From: Felis catus
Lineage: Eukaryota
Direction: 5' to 3'
Assembly (NCBI RefSeq): GCF_018350175.1
Contig: NC_058369.1
Location: 2,420,001 to 2,484,000, forward strand
Length of the DNA: 64,000 nt
The notes under the pieces: generated by a model
What the model was told of the DNA's origin: nothing
Database searches by the model: none
Seen by the model: the letters and a program-made list of their open reading frames with translations, nothing else
In this document: positions 35,580 to 46,876 of the stretch, piece by piece
Layout of the letters: every line of letters begins with the position of its first letter
How positions within the stretch are numbered: position 1 is the stretch's first letter
Translations under genes and position numbers: made by a program

Positions 35580-37901
35580 GGTTTTGTTTTTTTTTTTTTT
35601 TATTTTTTTAAAAATTGAGAGACAGAGAGAGACAGAGCACGAGCAAGGGAGGGGCCGAGAGACGGGGAGACACAGAACGTGAAACAGGCTCCAGGCTCCG
35701 AGCTGTCAGCACAGAGCCCGAGGCGGGGCTCGAACTCACGGACGGGAGATCATGACCTGAGCCGAAGTCGAAGTCGGACGCTCAGCCGACGGAGCACCAC
35801 CCCCCCCCCCACCCCGGCGCCCCCCGCAGAGTTGAGTCATTGTGACAGAGACTGGCCCACAAAGCTGAAAATAGTTACTATTTGGCCCCTCGCAGAAAAA
35901 GTCCAACTCCCAGAGCTGGCTCCGCCCGTGGTTAACCTCTTGCTTGGGGTCTCTCCACACACGTTGTCTAAGAACATAGGATACGTTCGATAGAAAATCT
36001 TTTCCTTCATTTTCCCAAATGGTTTGGGAATGAGTCGGACACATCACGAACCTTTCCTCCAAAACGCCACGCGTTGTCAATGAACGGACCCCTCTTGTGG
36101 TCTAAGCCGAGGGCGATGGTCAAGTTTGGGGAATGCGGCAGTGAGAGAATGATGTCAGTTGCTAGGCAGCCCGAGTGAAAATCGCGTCGGTTGTCCCCGG
36201 ATTGTCCTTCACAGCACCTTTCCCCCACACTGGCGTCCTGGGTCTGGGACTCCCTCACGGCCCTTAATTCCACGAGTCCTGGATCGCTTGTCATCCACAA
36301 CAGCGCAGGCTTCTCTTTGTCTCACAACCTTTCGTGACCGCGACTCTTTGGAAAGTGTACGGGTCAGTCATTCTGTGGGATGTGCCTCAGGGCGAGTCTG
36401 TCTGCTGGCCGGGATATTCCCGGCAGGAATATCCGAGCAGTGACCGGTCCCCGTCACCTGGGTGACGCCTGGGTGGCTCGGTCGGTTAAGCGTCCCACTT
36501 CGGCTCAGGTCACGATGTCCCAGTCCATGGGTTCGAGCCCCGCGTCGGGCTCTGTGCCGACGGCTCGGAGCCTGGAGCCTGCTTCCGATTCTGTGTCTCC
36601 CTCTCTCTCTCTCTCTCTCTGCCCCTTCTCCGCTCATGCTCTGTCTCCGTGTCTCAAAAATGAATAAACGTTAAGAAAAAAGAGAAAGAAAAGAAGAAAA
36701 AGTGATCCGTGGGAAGATACTTTGAGATTATGCAAACGCCCTGCTCCCAGTGATCCCACGCAGTCACTTAACTCCCAGTGTCGACTCTTGCCTGGGCCAG
36801 TTATTGCTGGAGAGGTCACAAAGAGATGACTGTTCTGACTCTGTTATCGGGGGGACGTCTATCGGTGGAGCTGCAGGATATGGAAAGAGTCTTTTTTTTT
36901 TCTTCCCCTAATTGGTTTTATTGGGATCAACTGCACTTGAACATAAAATTGACCATCTTAACCACTTCCAATGCCCAGTTCAATGGCGTTAAACCATCCC
37001 AAGTGCTGTGCAGCCGTCCTTCTCTTGTGAAACTGAACTCTGTCCCCATCGAACGCTGGCTGTCCCCCCCCCCCCCCCCCGGCGCCAACCACTACTTTGA
37101 GTCTCTCTCAATTTTAAGGTCGCTCAGTACCAATGCCCAGATCACTCCAGGCTTGGCCAGCAGCCGCCCTGTCAGGCTGGCCCCTGTGTCTCTGACAGGT
37201 CCCCGTCCTGACTTCCTGGCACACCATGAACTTCCAGGGTCGCGTGGCACTCTCCCTGCCCCGCTCCCGGAATCAGCCATTTCTCCCAGGAGCCCTGGAG
37301 GTGATATTCAAAAGCCAAGATCTGATCTAGGGGCTAGATGTAACTGTTGTTATTGGCTGGTCTCAGAGGACAGAGTTATGAAATGGATTTTTGTCTAAAT
37401 CATCACGGGGCCCGGGGCGCCAGGGTGGCTCAGTAGGTTAAGCATCCGACTCTTGGTTTCGGCTCAGGTCATGATCTCACCGTTCGTGAGTTCAAGCCCC
37501 ACATTGGGCTCTGTGCTGGTGGTGTGGAGGCTGCGTGGGATTCTCTCTCTCTGTCTCGCTCAAGATAAAGAAACTTAAAGAAATGAAATAAAGTAAATTG
37601 TCATGGTCCTCGCTGATACTTTCCCTCCGGGGCTGTTTTGTGTGCTCTCCTATCCACGTTGACGTCTTATATGCTCCTCTGTGAACACCTGCTTTTTTTT
37701 TTTAATGTTTATTTATTCTTGAGACAGAGACAGAGTGTGAACAGGGGAGGGGCAGAGAGAGAGGGAGACACAGAATCGGAAACAGACTCCAGGCTCCGAG
37801 CCGTCAGCACAGAGCCCGACACGGGGCTCGAACTCACGGACCGTGAGGTCATGACCTGAGCCGAAGTCGGACGCTCGACTGACTGAGCCACCCGGGCGCC
37901 C
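35580..37901. mobile_element. Four Can-SINEs (- 35580-35825, + 36459-36700, + 37413-37595, - 37692-37901) amid older L1 debris
   Basis: Each copy has a recognisable head and a CT/A tail. Confidence 0.85.
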
Positions 37902-39009
37902 CAAGACCTGCTTCTTACTAACATCAGTACCCTTGCCACTTTGCTCAGTCCCATAATACACATGAGACTTTCAGAATGACTATACCCTGCCAGTCCTGAA
38001 AACAAATGTACTAAACAACATCTTTTTTTTTTTTTTTTTTTTTTTTTGGTCAGTTCCTTTTGTCTTTAGAAAAAGTGCCGAGCCCAAAGGTTGCACAGGC
38101 TGGTTCTCTATTTCTGGGCGGTCATGGTTTTCATCTGAAACACAGTTCGTTTCACCTGTTTTCTGCTTCCGATCCACATCCTGGAGCTCCCCCCCCCCCA
38201 CCCTTGTTGAGTTAATTTCATTGTAAACTACGGCACCTATTCTCAGAGCTTGAAAACTATGAGGAATGCCCATAGGGTGTCAGTCCCACCGCTGTCCATT
38301 TATTTCAACTCTACCCGCCCCCCTACCCCCCGCAGGGAACCAATTTCACGGGTTCCTGGTTTATCTGTCCCGGGTGGCTTTTGCAAAAGCGAGCAGATCG
38401 GGGCCTTATTTCCCCTTCTTTGCTTTGCAGAAGGTAGCACCCTACGTATAGCCTTTTGTATCCCCTGCCCCCGCCCCCACCCCCTTAACCATACGTCCTG
38501 GAGGCCACGCCCATCCACTCACTCACCGTTCATAGCCGTGTGGCACTCCAGGCTACCTGCAGCGTCGCTCCTCGGCCTCTCTCCTGGGTGCAGACGTTGG
38601 GGCTGCTTCTAATATTTTGCATTTACCAACAACAATGAATAACCATTTGCATGCATACTTTGGGCAGGTTTCTAGAGGGGGGTTGGCTCTTTTGTAGCAT
38701 GGGGATAATCCTGAGATTAAATAAGGTATGGTGTGCATAGGGCCTTCCACTAGGCGGCAGGTAATTCGCGGCAGAAGGTCATTGTTGGATAGCTTGGCCT
38801 TGTGAGTCAAACTCTGCTCTCTTATACCGTTTACTTTGGTCCCGAATTCACTCTCTGAGACCGGGGTCCGAGTTGCAGCTGGAGTGGGGCTTAGGCGGAG
38901 GCCCGGCTCAACTAGCATTGGGGCTCAGCTTGAGATCAGAGTTCAGTTCTGGGCCAGGTGTCAGCCAGAGTCAGGGTTGTGGTCAGTCTATGGTCACCCA
39001 CTCAGCCAA

Positions 39010-39330
39010 GGTCAGGGTTCAGCCAGGGATCAGGGATCAGTCTAGGATTAGGGCTGAGCCTGGGCTCAGGGCTCAGTCCAGGATCAGGGCTCAGTCTGGG
39101 ATCAGGGCTCGGTCCAAGATCAGGGTTAAGCCCAGGATCATGGCTGAGCCTGGGCTCAGGGCTCAATTTGGCTTTAGGGCTGAGCCTGAGATCAGGGCGC
39201 AGTCCGGGATCAGGGCTGAGACTTGGATCAGGGTTTGGTCTAGGATCAGGGCTCAGGGCAGGATTAAGGTTCAGTCCAGGATCAGGGCTCAGTGCAGGAT
39301 CAGGGACCATTTCAAGGTCCCGGCTCAGCA
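39010..39330. repeat. Degenerate 18-bp tandem repeat upstream of S1PR4
   Basis: About 17-18 copies of consensus cagggctcagtccaggat; weaker copies extend back to ~38860. Confidence 0.9.
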
Positions 39331-40439
39331 TCAGGACACACAGCATGTCTCTGTGAATGTGCCTGAGTTCGGTGGTTCCTTGTGAAGTTGAGGCTGAGGC
39401 TCAGTGCTCAGCTCTTCGGGGGTGCTCCCTGGCGTGTCCCCCTGCCCCAGCCTCACACCCCCACTGCCTGGGCAGCCCTTGTTCCCACAACCTCCTCCTC
39501 AGACCTGTTTCTGCTTGGTCACCTCCAGTGAGAAGATGCTCCTGAGTCCCCAGGCAGCACCTCTGTCTGCGGCTCCCAGTACCTGCCCTGCTCCCAGGGC
39601 TGAACACTGAACAAAGGGAAGGGGTGCAGGCTGGTCGCCCTCGGCCCCAGTCTCGTGACCGCCGAGTCTTATGGGGATGTTGGCGCCCCTCGTAGCTACG
39701 CCTCCCCGACTCGGATTCCGCAGGACCAGCTAGACTCGTGCCCCAACCCCCGCCCCTCCCCCACCTCGTGCACATGCTCAGTCCTCAGCATCTCCAGGTG
39801 AGTCGGCCTGAGTGGGTCAGGATAGACGTGAGGGGGTGAGCTCCCACTTTTCCTATGAGCCCCGCCCCTCCCCATGCAGGGGTGAGGGGAGCAGCCCCAG
39901 CTCAGGCACAGGAGAGCCAATCCCGAGGGTCCTGGCTGAGACCTACGCGTGCGCCTGTCTGGGTGTTTACCTCCCGCTGCGTGTTCTCCTGGGCGACTGG
40001 GGACGGCTGGCCTCAGTTTCCCCTTCTGTGGACCGCGTACCACAGGCCGGGCCTGGCTCTGTCATGGGAACAAAATGTGCCTATGCCTTCCAGGAGGTAT
40101 CTGGGGGCGCTCCTGTGTGCGCAGCCGCTTAACACACTCATTAAGCACCTACTGTGTGCCAGGCAGGCTTGGAGCGGTTGAGGAGCATGACGGGGTCCTG
40201 GAGGGGGTAGCTTGGCCGGGGGGGGGGGGGGCAGGGGAGCCACCCAGCCCGGGAAAGGGGCCCATTTCCCCTCCCCTCTGGGGCCCTCGCCCCTCCCTGG
40301 GCTCTCGGGGGGGTGGGGCGCACCACCGGGGGGGGGGCACAGATAGGGTCTCGCGGCGGGGGGCAACCGCAGCACCCTCCCGGAGCCGGGGTGGGAGCCG
40401 ACCGTTGGGATGCCCCTCCCTGTCCCCGGCCTCACCCGC

Positions 40440-40570
40440 GGCCTGGGGCGGGGGGTACCTCGAACATAACAGGAAATTTCAAACAACAGGAAACCGAGGC
40501 CCGGCGAGTGGCTCCACCCTGCCCCGGGGGTGAGCCACCCCGGGGCCTCAGTCCGTCCCAGGGGACCGCC
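40440..40570 (+). promoter_or_regulatory. S1PR4 proximal promoter candidate
   Basis: GC box at 40445-40453 and two AACAGGAAA ETS cores at 40468 and 40485. Confidence 0.55.
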
Positions 40571-41728
40571 ATGAACGGCTCGGGGTCCCCGGCCGAGGCC
40601 CCCGAGTCCTGCCAGCAGCTGGCGGCCGGCGGGCACAGCCGGCTCATCGCCCTGCACTACAACCACTCGGGCCGGCTGGCGGGGCGCGGCGGGCCCGAGG
40701 AGGGCGGCCTGGGGGTCCTGCGGGGGCTCTTCGTGGCCGTGAGCTGCCTGGTGGTGCTGGAGAACCTACTGGTGCTGCTGGCCATCGTGAGCCGCATGCG
40801 GTCCCGGCGCTGGGTGTACTACTGCCTGGTCAACATCACGCTCAGCGACCTGCTCACCGGCGCGGCCTACCTGGCCAACGTCCTGCTGTCGGGGGCCCGC
40901 ACCTTCCTCCTGGCGCCCACCGAGTGGTTCCTGCGCGAGGGCCTGCTGTTCATGGCGCTGGCCGCCTCCACCTTCAGCCTGCTCTTCACGGCGGCCGAGC
41001 GCTTCGCCACCATGGTGCGGCCGGTGGCCAAGAGCGGGGCCGGCAAGACGGGCCGCGTCTACGGCTTCATCGGGCTGTGCTGGCTGCTGGCCGTCCTCCT
41101 GGGCCTGCTGCCGCTGCTCGGCTGGAACTGCGTGTGCTCCTTCCGGCGCTGCTCCAGCCTGCTCCCGCTCTACGCCAAGGAGTACATCCTCTTCTGCGTG
41201 GCGGTCTTCGCCTGCATCCTGGCCGCCATCATGGTGCTCTACGGGGCCATCTTCCGGGTGGTGCAGGCCAACGGGCAGAAGGCCTCCCGGGTGCTGGCCC
41301 GCCGCAAGGCCCGCCGGCTGCTCGAGACGGTGCTCATGATCCTGGCGGCCTTCCTGGTGTGCTGGGGCCCGCTCTTCGGCCTGCTGCTGGCCGACGTCTT
41401 CAGCTCCAACGACTGGGCGCAGGAGTACCTGCGGGGCATGGACTGGATCCTGGCGCTGGCCGTGCTCAACTCCGCGGTCAACCCCCTCATCTACTCCTTC
41501 CGCAGCCGCGAGGTGTGCCAGGCCGTGCTGGGCTTTCTCTGCTGCGGGTGTCTCAGGCTGGGCCTGCGGGGGCCCGGGGACTGCCTGGCCAAGGCCGCCG
41601 AGGCCCACTCTGAGGCCTCCACCACGGACAGCTCGCTGAGGCCCAGGGACAGCTTTCGGGGCTCCCGGTCGCTCAGCTTTCGGATGCGAGAGCCCCTGTC
41701 CAGCATCTCCAGCGTGCGGAGCATCTGA
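40571..41728 (+). CDS. S1PR4: Sphingosine-1-phosphate receptor 4 (class A GPCR, single coding exon, 385 aa)
   Basis: accgccATG; MNGSGSPAEAPESCQQLAAGGHSRLIALHYNHSGRL; seven hydrophobic segments; FLREG (S1P-binding R/E), ERF, CWGP and NPLIY motifs; C-terminus REPLSSISSVRSI. Confidence 0.98.
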   Translation: MNGSGSPAEAPESCQQLAAGGHSRLIALHYNHSGRLAGRGGPEEGGLGVLRGLFVAVSCLVVLENLLVLLAIVSRMRSRRWVYYCLVNITLSDLLTGAAYLANVLLSGARTFLLAPTEWFLREGLLFMALAASTFSLLFTAAERFATMVRPVAKSGAGKTGRVYGFIGLCWLLAVLLGLLPLLGWNCVCSFRRCSSLLPLYAKEYILFCVAVFACILAAIMVLYGAIFRVVQANGQKASRVLARRKARRLLETVLMILAAFLVCWGPLFGLLLADVFSSNDWAQEYLRGMDWILALAVLNSAVNPLIYSFRSREVCQAVLGFLCCGCLRLGLRGPGDCLAKAAEAHSEASTTDSSLRPRDSFRGSRSLSFRMREPLSSISSVRSI

Positions 41729-42702
41729 GCCGGTGCCCGCGCGGGTGCTTCTCTGGGCCCGCGGGACACCCGGGCGGGGTGGGCCGGCGGGGGGCGGGGG
41801 AGGGGGGTGCCGGGAGTGCGCAGGGAGCAGGGGGTCCTGACGGAGAGGCGGGAACAGGGCGGCCAGCGGGGGTGCGTCCGGAGGCCCCGTGGTCGTCCCC
41901 ACGGCGCCTGGGCCTGCTGATGCCGAGCAGGTGTCCCGTGGCCTCCCTGGAGGAGGTGACTGCTCACGGGGGCGGGGAGGGTCCCGGAGAGGGCATGAGC
42001 GTCTCTGCTGTGTATGCCCCCAGCTCCCGGGTGATTCTGGGGAGTCCCAGCCCCCCCTCCCCCCGCCGGCCTCGGGGGGGGGGGGCTCCCGGGCATCGAG
42101 GGGGCGGCTGCGGGGCTGATGTCCTGGCAACACGTAAGCTCAGTGATGGTTTGTCCTGGCCTCCCTCTCATCCATGCATGGGCAGAGGGACGACGGCGCG
42201 GGGCTGTGGGCCGGCCGGCGGCGTGCGAGGAGGTGTGCCCGCGGCCAGGGAGGGCCGTGGGGCTGTGTGGATATGGGGTGTGGTTGTGCGGGCGAGCGGC
42301 AGGGTGTGGATGAGAGTGTGTGTGAGGGAGGGAGGCGGGCACAGACCGGGGCGTGCCGACAGTGTGGGCTGGCCTGTCTGCTCGTGCACAGACCCCTCCG
42401 TGTGTGTGTGTGTGTGTGTGTGTGCACGCATGAGAGCCTCTGGGGCTGCCAGGTGGGGCCCCCGCCCCTCCCGCTCACTTCCCCTTTCCCTGCCCCATCC
42501 CTCATCTTGGGCCCCCCCAGTCTCTTCCCCGCCTCTGGCCTCTGCCCCCTGTGGGGGCCCCATCTGGGGGCTAACCTGGCCCTCCCGACCTCAGGGAATT
42601 GCCCACTCCTCTAGAGTTCCCGTTATTTATTACTATTAGTTTTTAAAGTTTACTTCTCTCATAGTTATGCAGCCCTAATAGCTTTCTCTTTTCCATCTTC
42701 TG

Positions 42703-42836
42703 ACTTTTTTATTTTAAAGTAGGCTCCACGCCCAGCATGGAACCTAACGGGGGGCTCGAACCCGTGACCCCGAGATCCAGACCTGCGCTGAGATCAAGGG
42801 CCGGATGTTCAACCGACCGAGCCACGCGGGCGCCCC
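42703..42836 (-). mobile_element. Short Can-SINE
   Basis: Reverse-strand head ending gagccacgcgggcgcccc. Confidence 0.8.
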
Positions 42837-43374
42837 TGGGGTTCCCTTTAGCACTAACTGCCTTGTCCTTCCCTCCTGTGACATGGGCCCATCACGGATG
42901 GGACCCTGGGAGGAGGCGCTCGCCAGGGCACGCGTGGTAGGAAGGCGCGGCCCATTCCGGGAGCCCCCGTGGCTGTTGAGCACTTGGTAAGTGGTCAGCG
43001 CCACGGGCAACCGAACTCAGTTTGGGTTTGAACAGCCCGTGACACCGCAGCCAGCACATTGGACAGCACAGGGCTACGGCCCTCAACGCGGGCCACTTTC
43101 AGCTGGCCGGAAGTTCCCTCTCTCTCCCTCCTTCCAGGCAAGCCCCTGCCTGCAAATCTTCCTGCCTCTGTCTTGCCACGTGCCTGGGGGCAGCCCCTGC
43201 CTGCCGCGTGGGCACAGGACAGCTCTTCTCCGACCTCGGTTTCCCCTGTGCACGAGGAGGGGTGAGGCGACTGGAAACCTCGCCGCACCGCCCCGTGCGC
43301 CACGGCTAGCCGAGGGGCGGCTGTTTACAGTTAACGAAAATGAAACGAAATTTTGAAATTCACTTTCTCGGTGC

Positions 43375-43757
43375 CTCGGTCAGCTGGAGGTGCCGCGTCT
43401 CAGTGGCACAGCCTGAGGGGCTTTATAGACACTCGTCCCCTCGTGGTTCTGGAGGCTGGAAAGCTGCGACCAAGATGCCTCTGGGGCTCCGAGGTGGAAT
43501 CCGTACCATGCTCTCTCCTAGATTCTGGTGGTTTGCTGGAATCTTCCGTGTCCCCCCGGCCCGTGGAAGCGTCCTCCCGAGCTCTGCCTCCACGTGGCGC
43601 TCTCCCTGGGCGTCCGTGCCCAAATGCCTTCTTTCTCTAAGGACACCGAGCGACCTCATTTTTAACGTGATCACCTCTGTAAAGACGCTGTCTCCAAACA
43701 CAGTCTCATTCTGAGGACTCAGACGTGAGCTCTGAGGGGGACGCAGTTCAGCCCACA
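43375..43757. mobile_element. MLT1-type LTR remnant
   Basis: ttctggaggctggaaag...taaagacgctgtctccaaacacagtctcattctgagg...ttcagcccacaac. Confidence 0.7.
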
Positions 43758-46602
43758 ACGTCTGGTTGCGCCAGGCACGTTTTAAGCACTCCATAGTGAC
43801 GTGTGGCTTGTGGCCACTGTCCGGGGTGGTGTAGACGCAGGACATTTCCATCATCACAGAGATTTCTGTTGCACAGAAACTCCAGGCATGTGTCCAGGTG
43901 CACAATAAACTGGGATATTCTTATATCTTTCCGACTCTTATTGTCACGTTTATGGGTGACGGCAGCAACCTGGCTGGCTGATGGCAGGGTCTTGGTGGAA
44001 TCTGCGGTGAGTGGAGCCTGGGCCATCCACCTTGAACCCGCGAGCCCGTGCTCTGGGCCCGCGTGAGCCGGCCCCACTGCCCCTTCGGGTCTCAGCTTTA
44101 GGACCGCCTCCTCCAGGGAGTCTGCCCTGATTTCCCCTCCTGCCTAGGTCGCCTCTCAGCTCCCACAGCTGCTTGCGCGTCCCACACTGACGGCGGCTGT
44201 GCCCGCTTCTGGTCACTCATCCGTCTCCTCCCCTGGACTGTCAGCTCTGGGGGGGGGGGGGGCGGAGACGGTGGCAGTGTCTGGGTCACTGGTGTGACCA
44301 GAGCTCCGAGAGAACTGGGCCCGACAGCACGCCTCCCTCGGAGCCTCAGAAACCTCTTCCTCTCCCTCTCCCCCACCCCAGGCCTCCCCCCTGACTGTCC
44401 CCAAGACAGCAGTACTGTCCCCAAGAATCCCGACTTCTGCCGCCTGTAACCTGCTATCAGTTTCCGGCTTTGCCACACACCACGGGCCTCGGTTTCCTCC
44501 TGGAAAACGATCATGTTCGTGTTTTTACATGAACGGCAGTAGGAACAAAGCCTCATATATATTACTCAGTGCCTGACACGCTGCTCTCCTCCCTCGTTCA
44601 CCAGCTCGCTGGGCCCTCAGAAGCCCTCTAGGAGGCAAACGCCACCATCAGCCCCATTTTACAGATGGAGAAACTGAGGACCAGAGAGCTTAGGGGATGT
44701 ACCCAAGGCCACACGCCTCAGAAGGGGCAGAGCTGGGGTGGCAGGCAGCTGGCGTCTCGATCCCTGCTTGTTAGGGATTACTTGAACCTCTCCATTTCCC
44801 AGGCGGGAAAACCATGGCTCAGGGGAGGAGGCGGCGTGAGCCGCTCCAGGGCCCGGGCCTCGTCACCCGAGCCAAGTTCAGGCCCCTTTCTCCGGCTGTC
44901 TCTGGGTGAGTGTGTGCGTGTCTTGTGCGTTCATAGCCTGACCCGGAAGAACGGGGGCACATGGCAGAAGCAGGGACGAAAGGCACATGGGCCAGAATGA
45001 GTTTCGGGGTGGGGGGGGGCATTGGAGCTCTCACTTCCCATTCATTCCACTCATTCATTCATTCATTCACTTAACCAGTGTGTCAGGCTCTACTCTGGGC
45101 ATTGGGGTTCCGCCCACAGACACCCTGGTGCCTGCCCCCACAAAGGTCCCACTCTGGTTAGGGGTGACAAACGCCAGGCAGGAAGGTGTTAGCCTTGCAG
45201 GAGGGTGGGGTGGAGGGATAGGAGAGGCAGCAGTCGGGAGGCTGCACGAGCTGGTGCATTCGCACATCAGCGCTTACTGAACCCTTAATGTGTGCTGAGC
45301 TCTTTCTGAGTCAGTTCCCCTGGGGACCATCTTACTGAATTCTTACCCCTGGCGGGGGGGGGGGGGGTGGCTGGGAAAAGGGCATCTGATTATTTGTCAT
45401 CATATCGGGTGGCTGAGGAAACTGAGGTTCTGCCAGGTGAAGCAATTTGCCCAAGGTCACACAGCTGGGAAGGGTGGGTCGGCACTGAGACTTGATTCCA
45501 GAATTCTATCAGTCAGCACACAGGTCACCTCGCACCTGGGGCAGAACGGGGGGTCCCCCAAGTCCTTCAGGAGCCGTATTGAAGCCTGGATGTCAACTCA
45601 CTGGGGGGCAGGGCCTTCTTGTTCGGCACCCTGTGGCCTCAGTCTTCCCATCTGTACCCTCACACAGGGGGTATGAGTTATGGATGTTCCTTAAGACCCC
45701 TCGCAGGCAGACAGTGCGATCTTAAGGTTGCCAGATTCGAAAAAAGCAAATACGGGACACCCAGTTAAATATATGAACAACGAACTTCAAAAGAATTTTT
45801 TTTTTTACTATGAATATGCCCCAAATACGAATAAGCCTAAGTAGAAATCATCCTATCACCGACCCTGCACAAACTCCAGGCTCCAGACTACAAGTCCCAT
45901 AACCCACTGCACCATCCCTTTAGGAAACTTCTATCATGATTTCTTTCTTCTTGTTTCATTCATTCATCCCCAAACGGTATAGCCAACCCACTGTATGCCA
46001 GGCCTCGCACTAAATTCTGGGGATACATCAACGCACGAAGCGGACAAAAGTCTTTGCCCTCGCGGAGTCTAACATCTATGTGTCTTGGTTGTTTCAACGG
46101 ATTTTTCTGACTTCTGCCAGGAAGACTACAGCTCCCATGAGCCCTGCGCCTGTTTGACCGGACTACAGTTCCCAGGAGACTGCGCGCACTGGGCTGGCCC
46201 CTCTCGTCTCTTATTCCAACTTCCTTCCGGGTCGGAAGGTCACGTCCTGCCCCGCGGCTCTCACCGCCCCCCTCGTCCCCCCACAAAAGACAGGGTTGGA
46301 GAAAGTTCGACCGCAAATAGTTGTTTTAAAGTCTCCGTATTTCGGGACTCGGAGTTGACGTGACACGCCATCAGTTCTAGCCCAATGGTCCACCGCGGCG
46401 TCCTCCGTTGGGAAGTAACAGACTGGGCCTACCACTCCCAGGAGGCTCCGCGCGCTCCAGGAGGACTACAACTCCCCGGAGGCAGCGCGGCGAGCGGGGC
46501 GGCCCGTGGCGGTGCCCGCAGGACCCCGGAGCAGGCGCGGGCTGCCCGGCGCGGCGCCCGCAGGACCCCGGCGGCTACCCATGCTGAGGTGAGTCCGCGG
46601 GA

Positions 46603-46644
46603 GCCGCCGCCGCCGCTGCCGCCGCCGCCGCTGCCGCTGCCGCT
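46603..46644 (+). repeat. (GCC/GCT)14 trinucleotide tract in the NCLN 5' UTR
   Basis: gcc x4, gct, gcc x4, gct, gcc, gct, gcc, gct. Confidence 0.9.
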
Positions 46645-46692
46645 GTCCCGTCCCCGCCGCCGCCGCCCCGCGCGGCCCCGCCGCCGGCCAGG

Positions 46693-46876
46693 ATGCTGGA
46701 AGAAGCGGGCGAGGTGCTGGAGAACATGCTGAAGGCGTCGTGCCTGCCGCTCGGCTTCATCGTCTTCCTGCCCGCCGTGCTGCTGCTCGTGGCGCCGCCG
46801 CTGCCGGCCGCCGACGCGGCGCACGAGTTCACCGTGTACCGCATGCAGCAGTACGACCTGCAGGGGCAGCCCTACG
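46693..46876 (+). CDS. NCLN: Nicalin coding exon 1 (signal peptide)
   Basis: MLEEAGEVLENMLKASCLPLGFIVFLPAVLLLVAPPLPAADAAHEFTVYRMQQYDLQGQPY; donor G|gtgcgt; 184 nt. Confidence 0.97.

Noticed and set aside
40313..40570. 86-codon in-frame N-terminal extension of S1PR4
   Set aside because: No ATG; it covers promoter-like motifs; the recognisable protein starts at 40571.
40766..42133. 455-aa antisense ORF over S1PR4 (likewise 57630-59123 over NCLN)
   Set aside because: Shadow ORFs expected from high GC3 codon usage; no recognisable domain.
46382..46396. ERSE (CCAAT-N9-CCACG) in the NCLN promoter
   Set aside because: Spacing is 3 nt and the second half is CCACC, so it does not fit.
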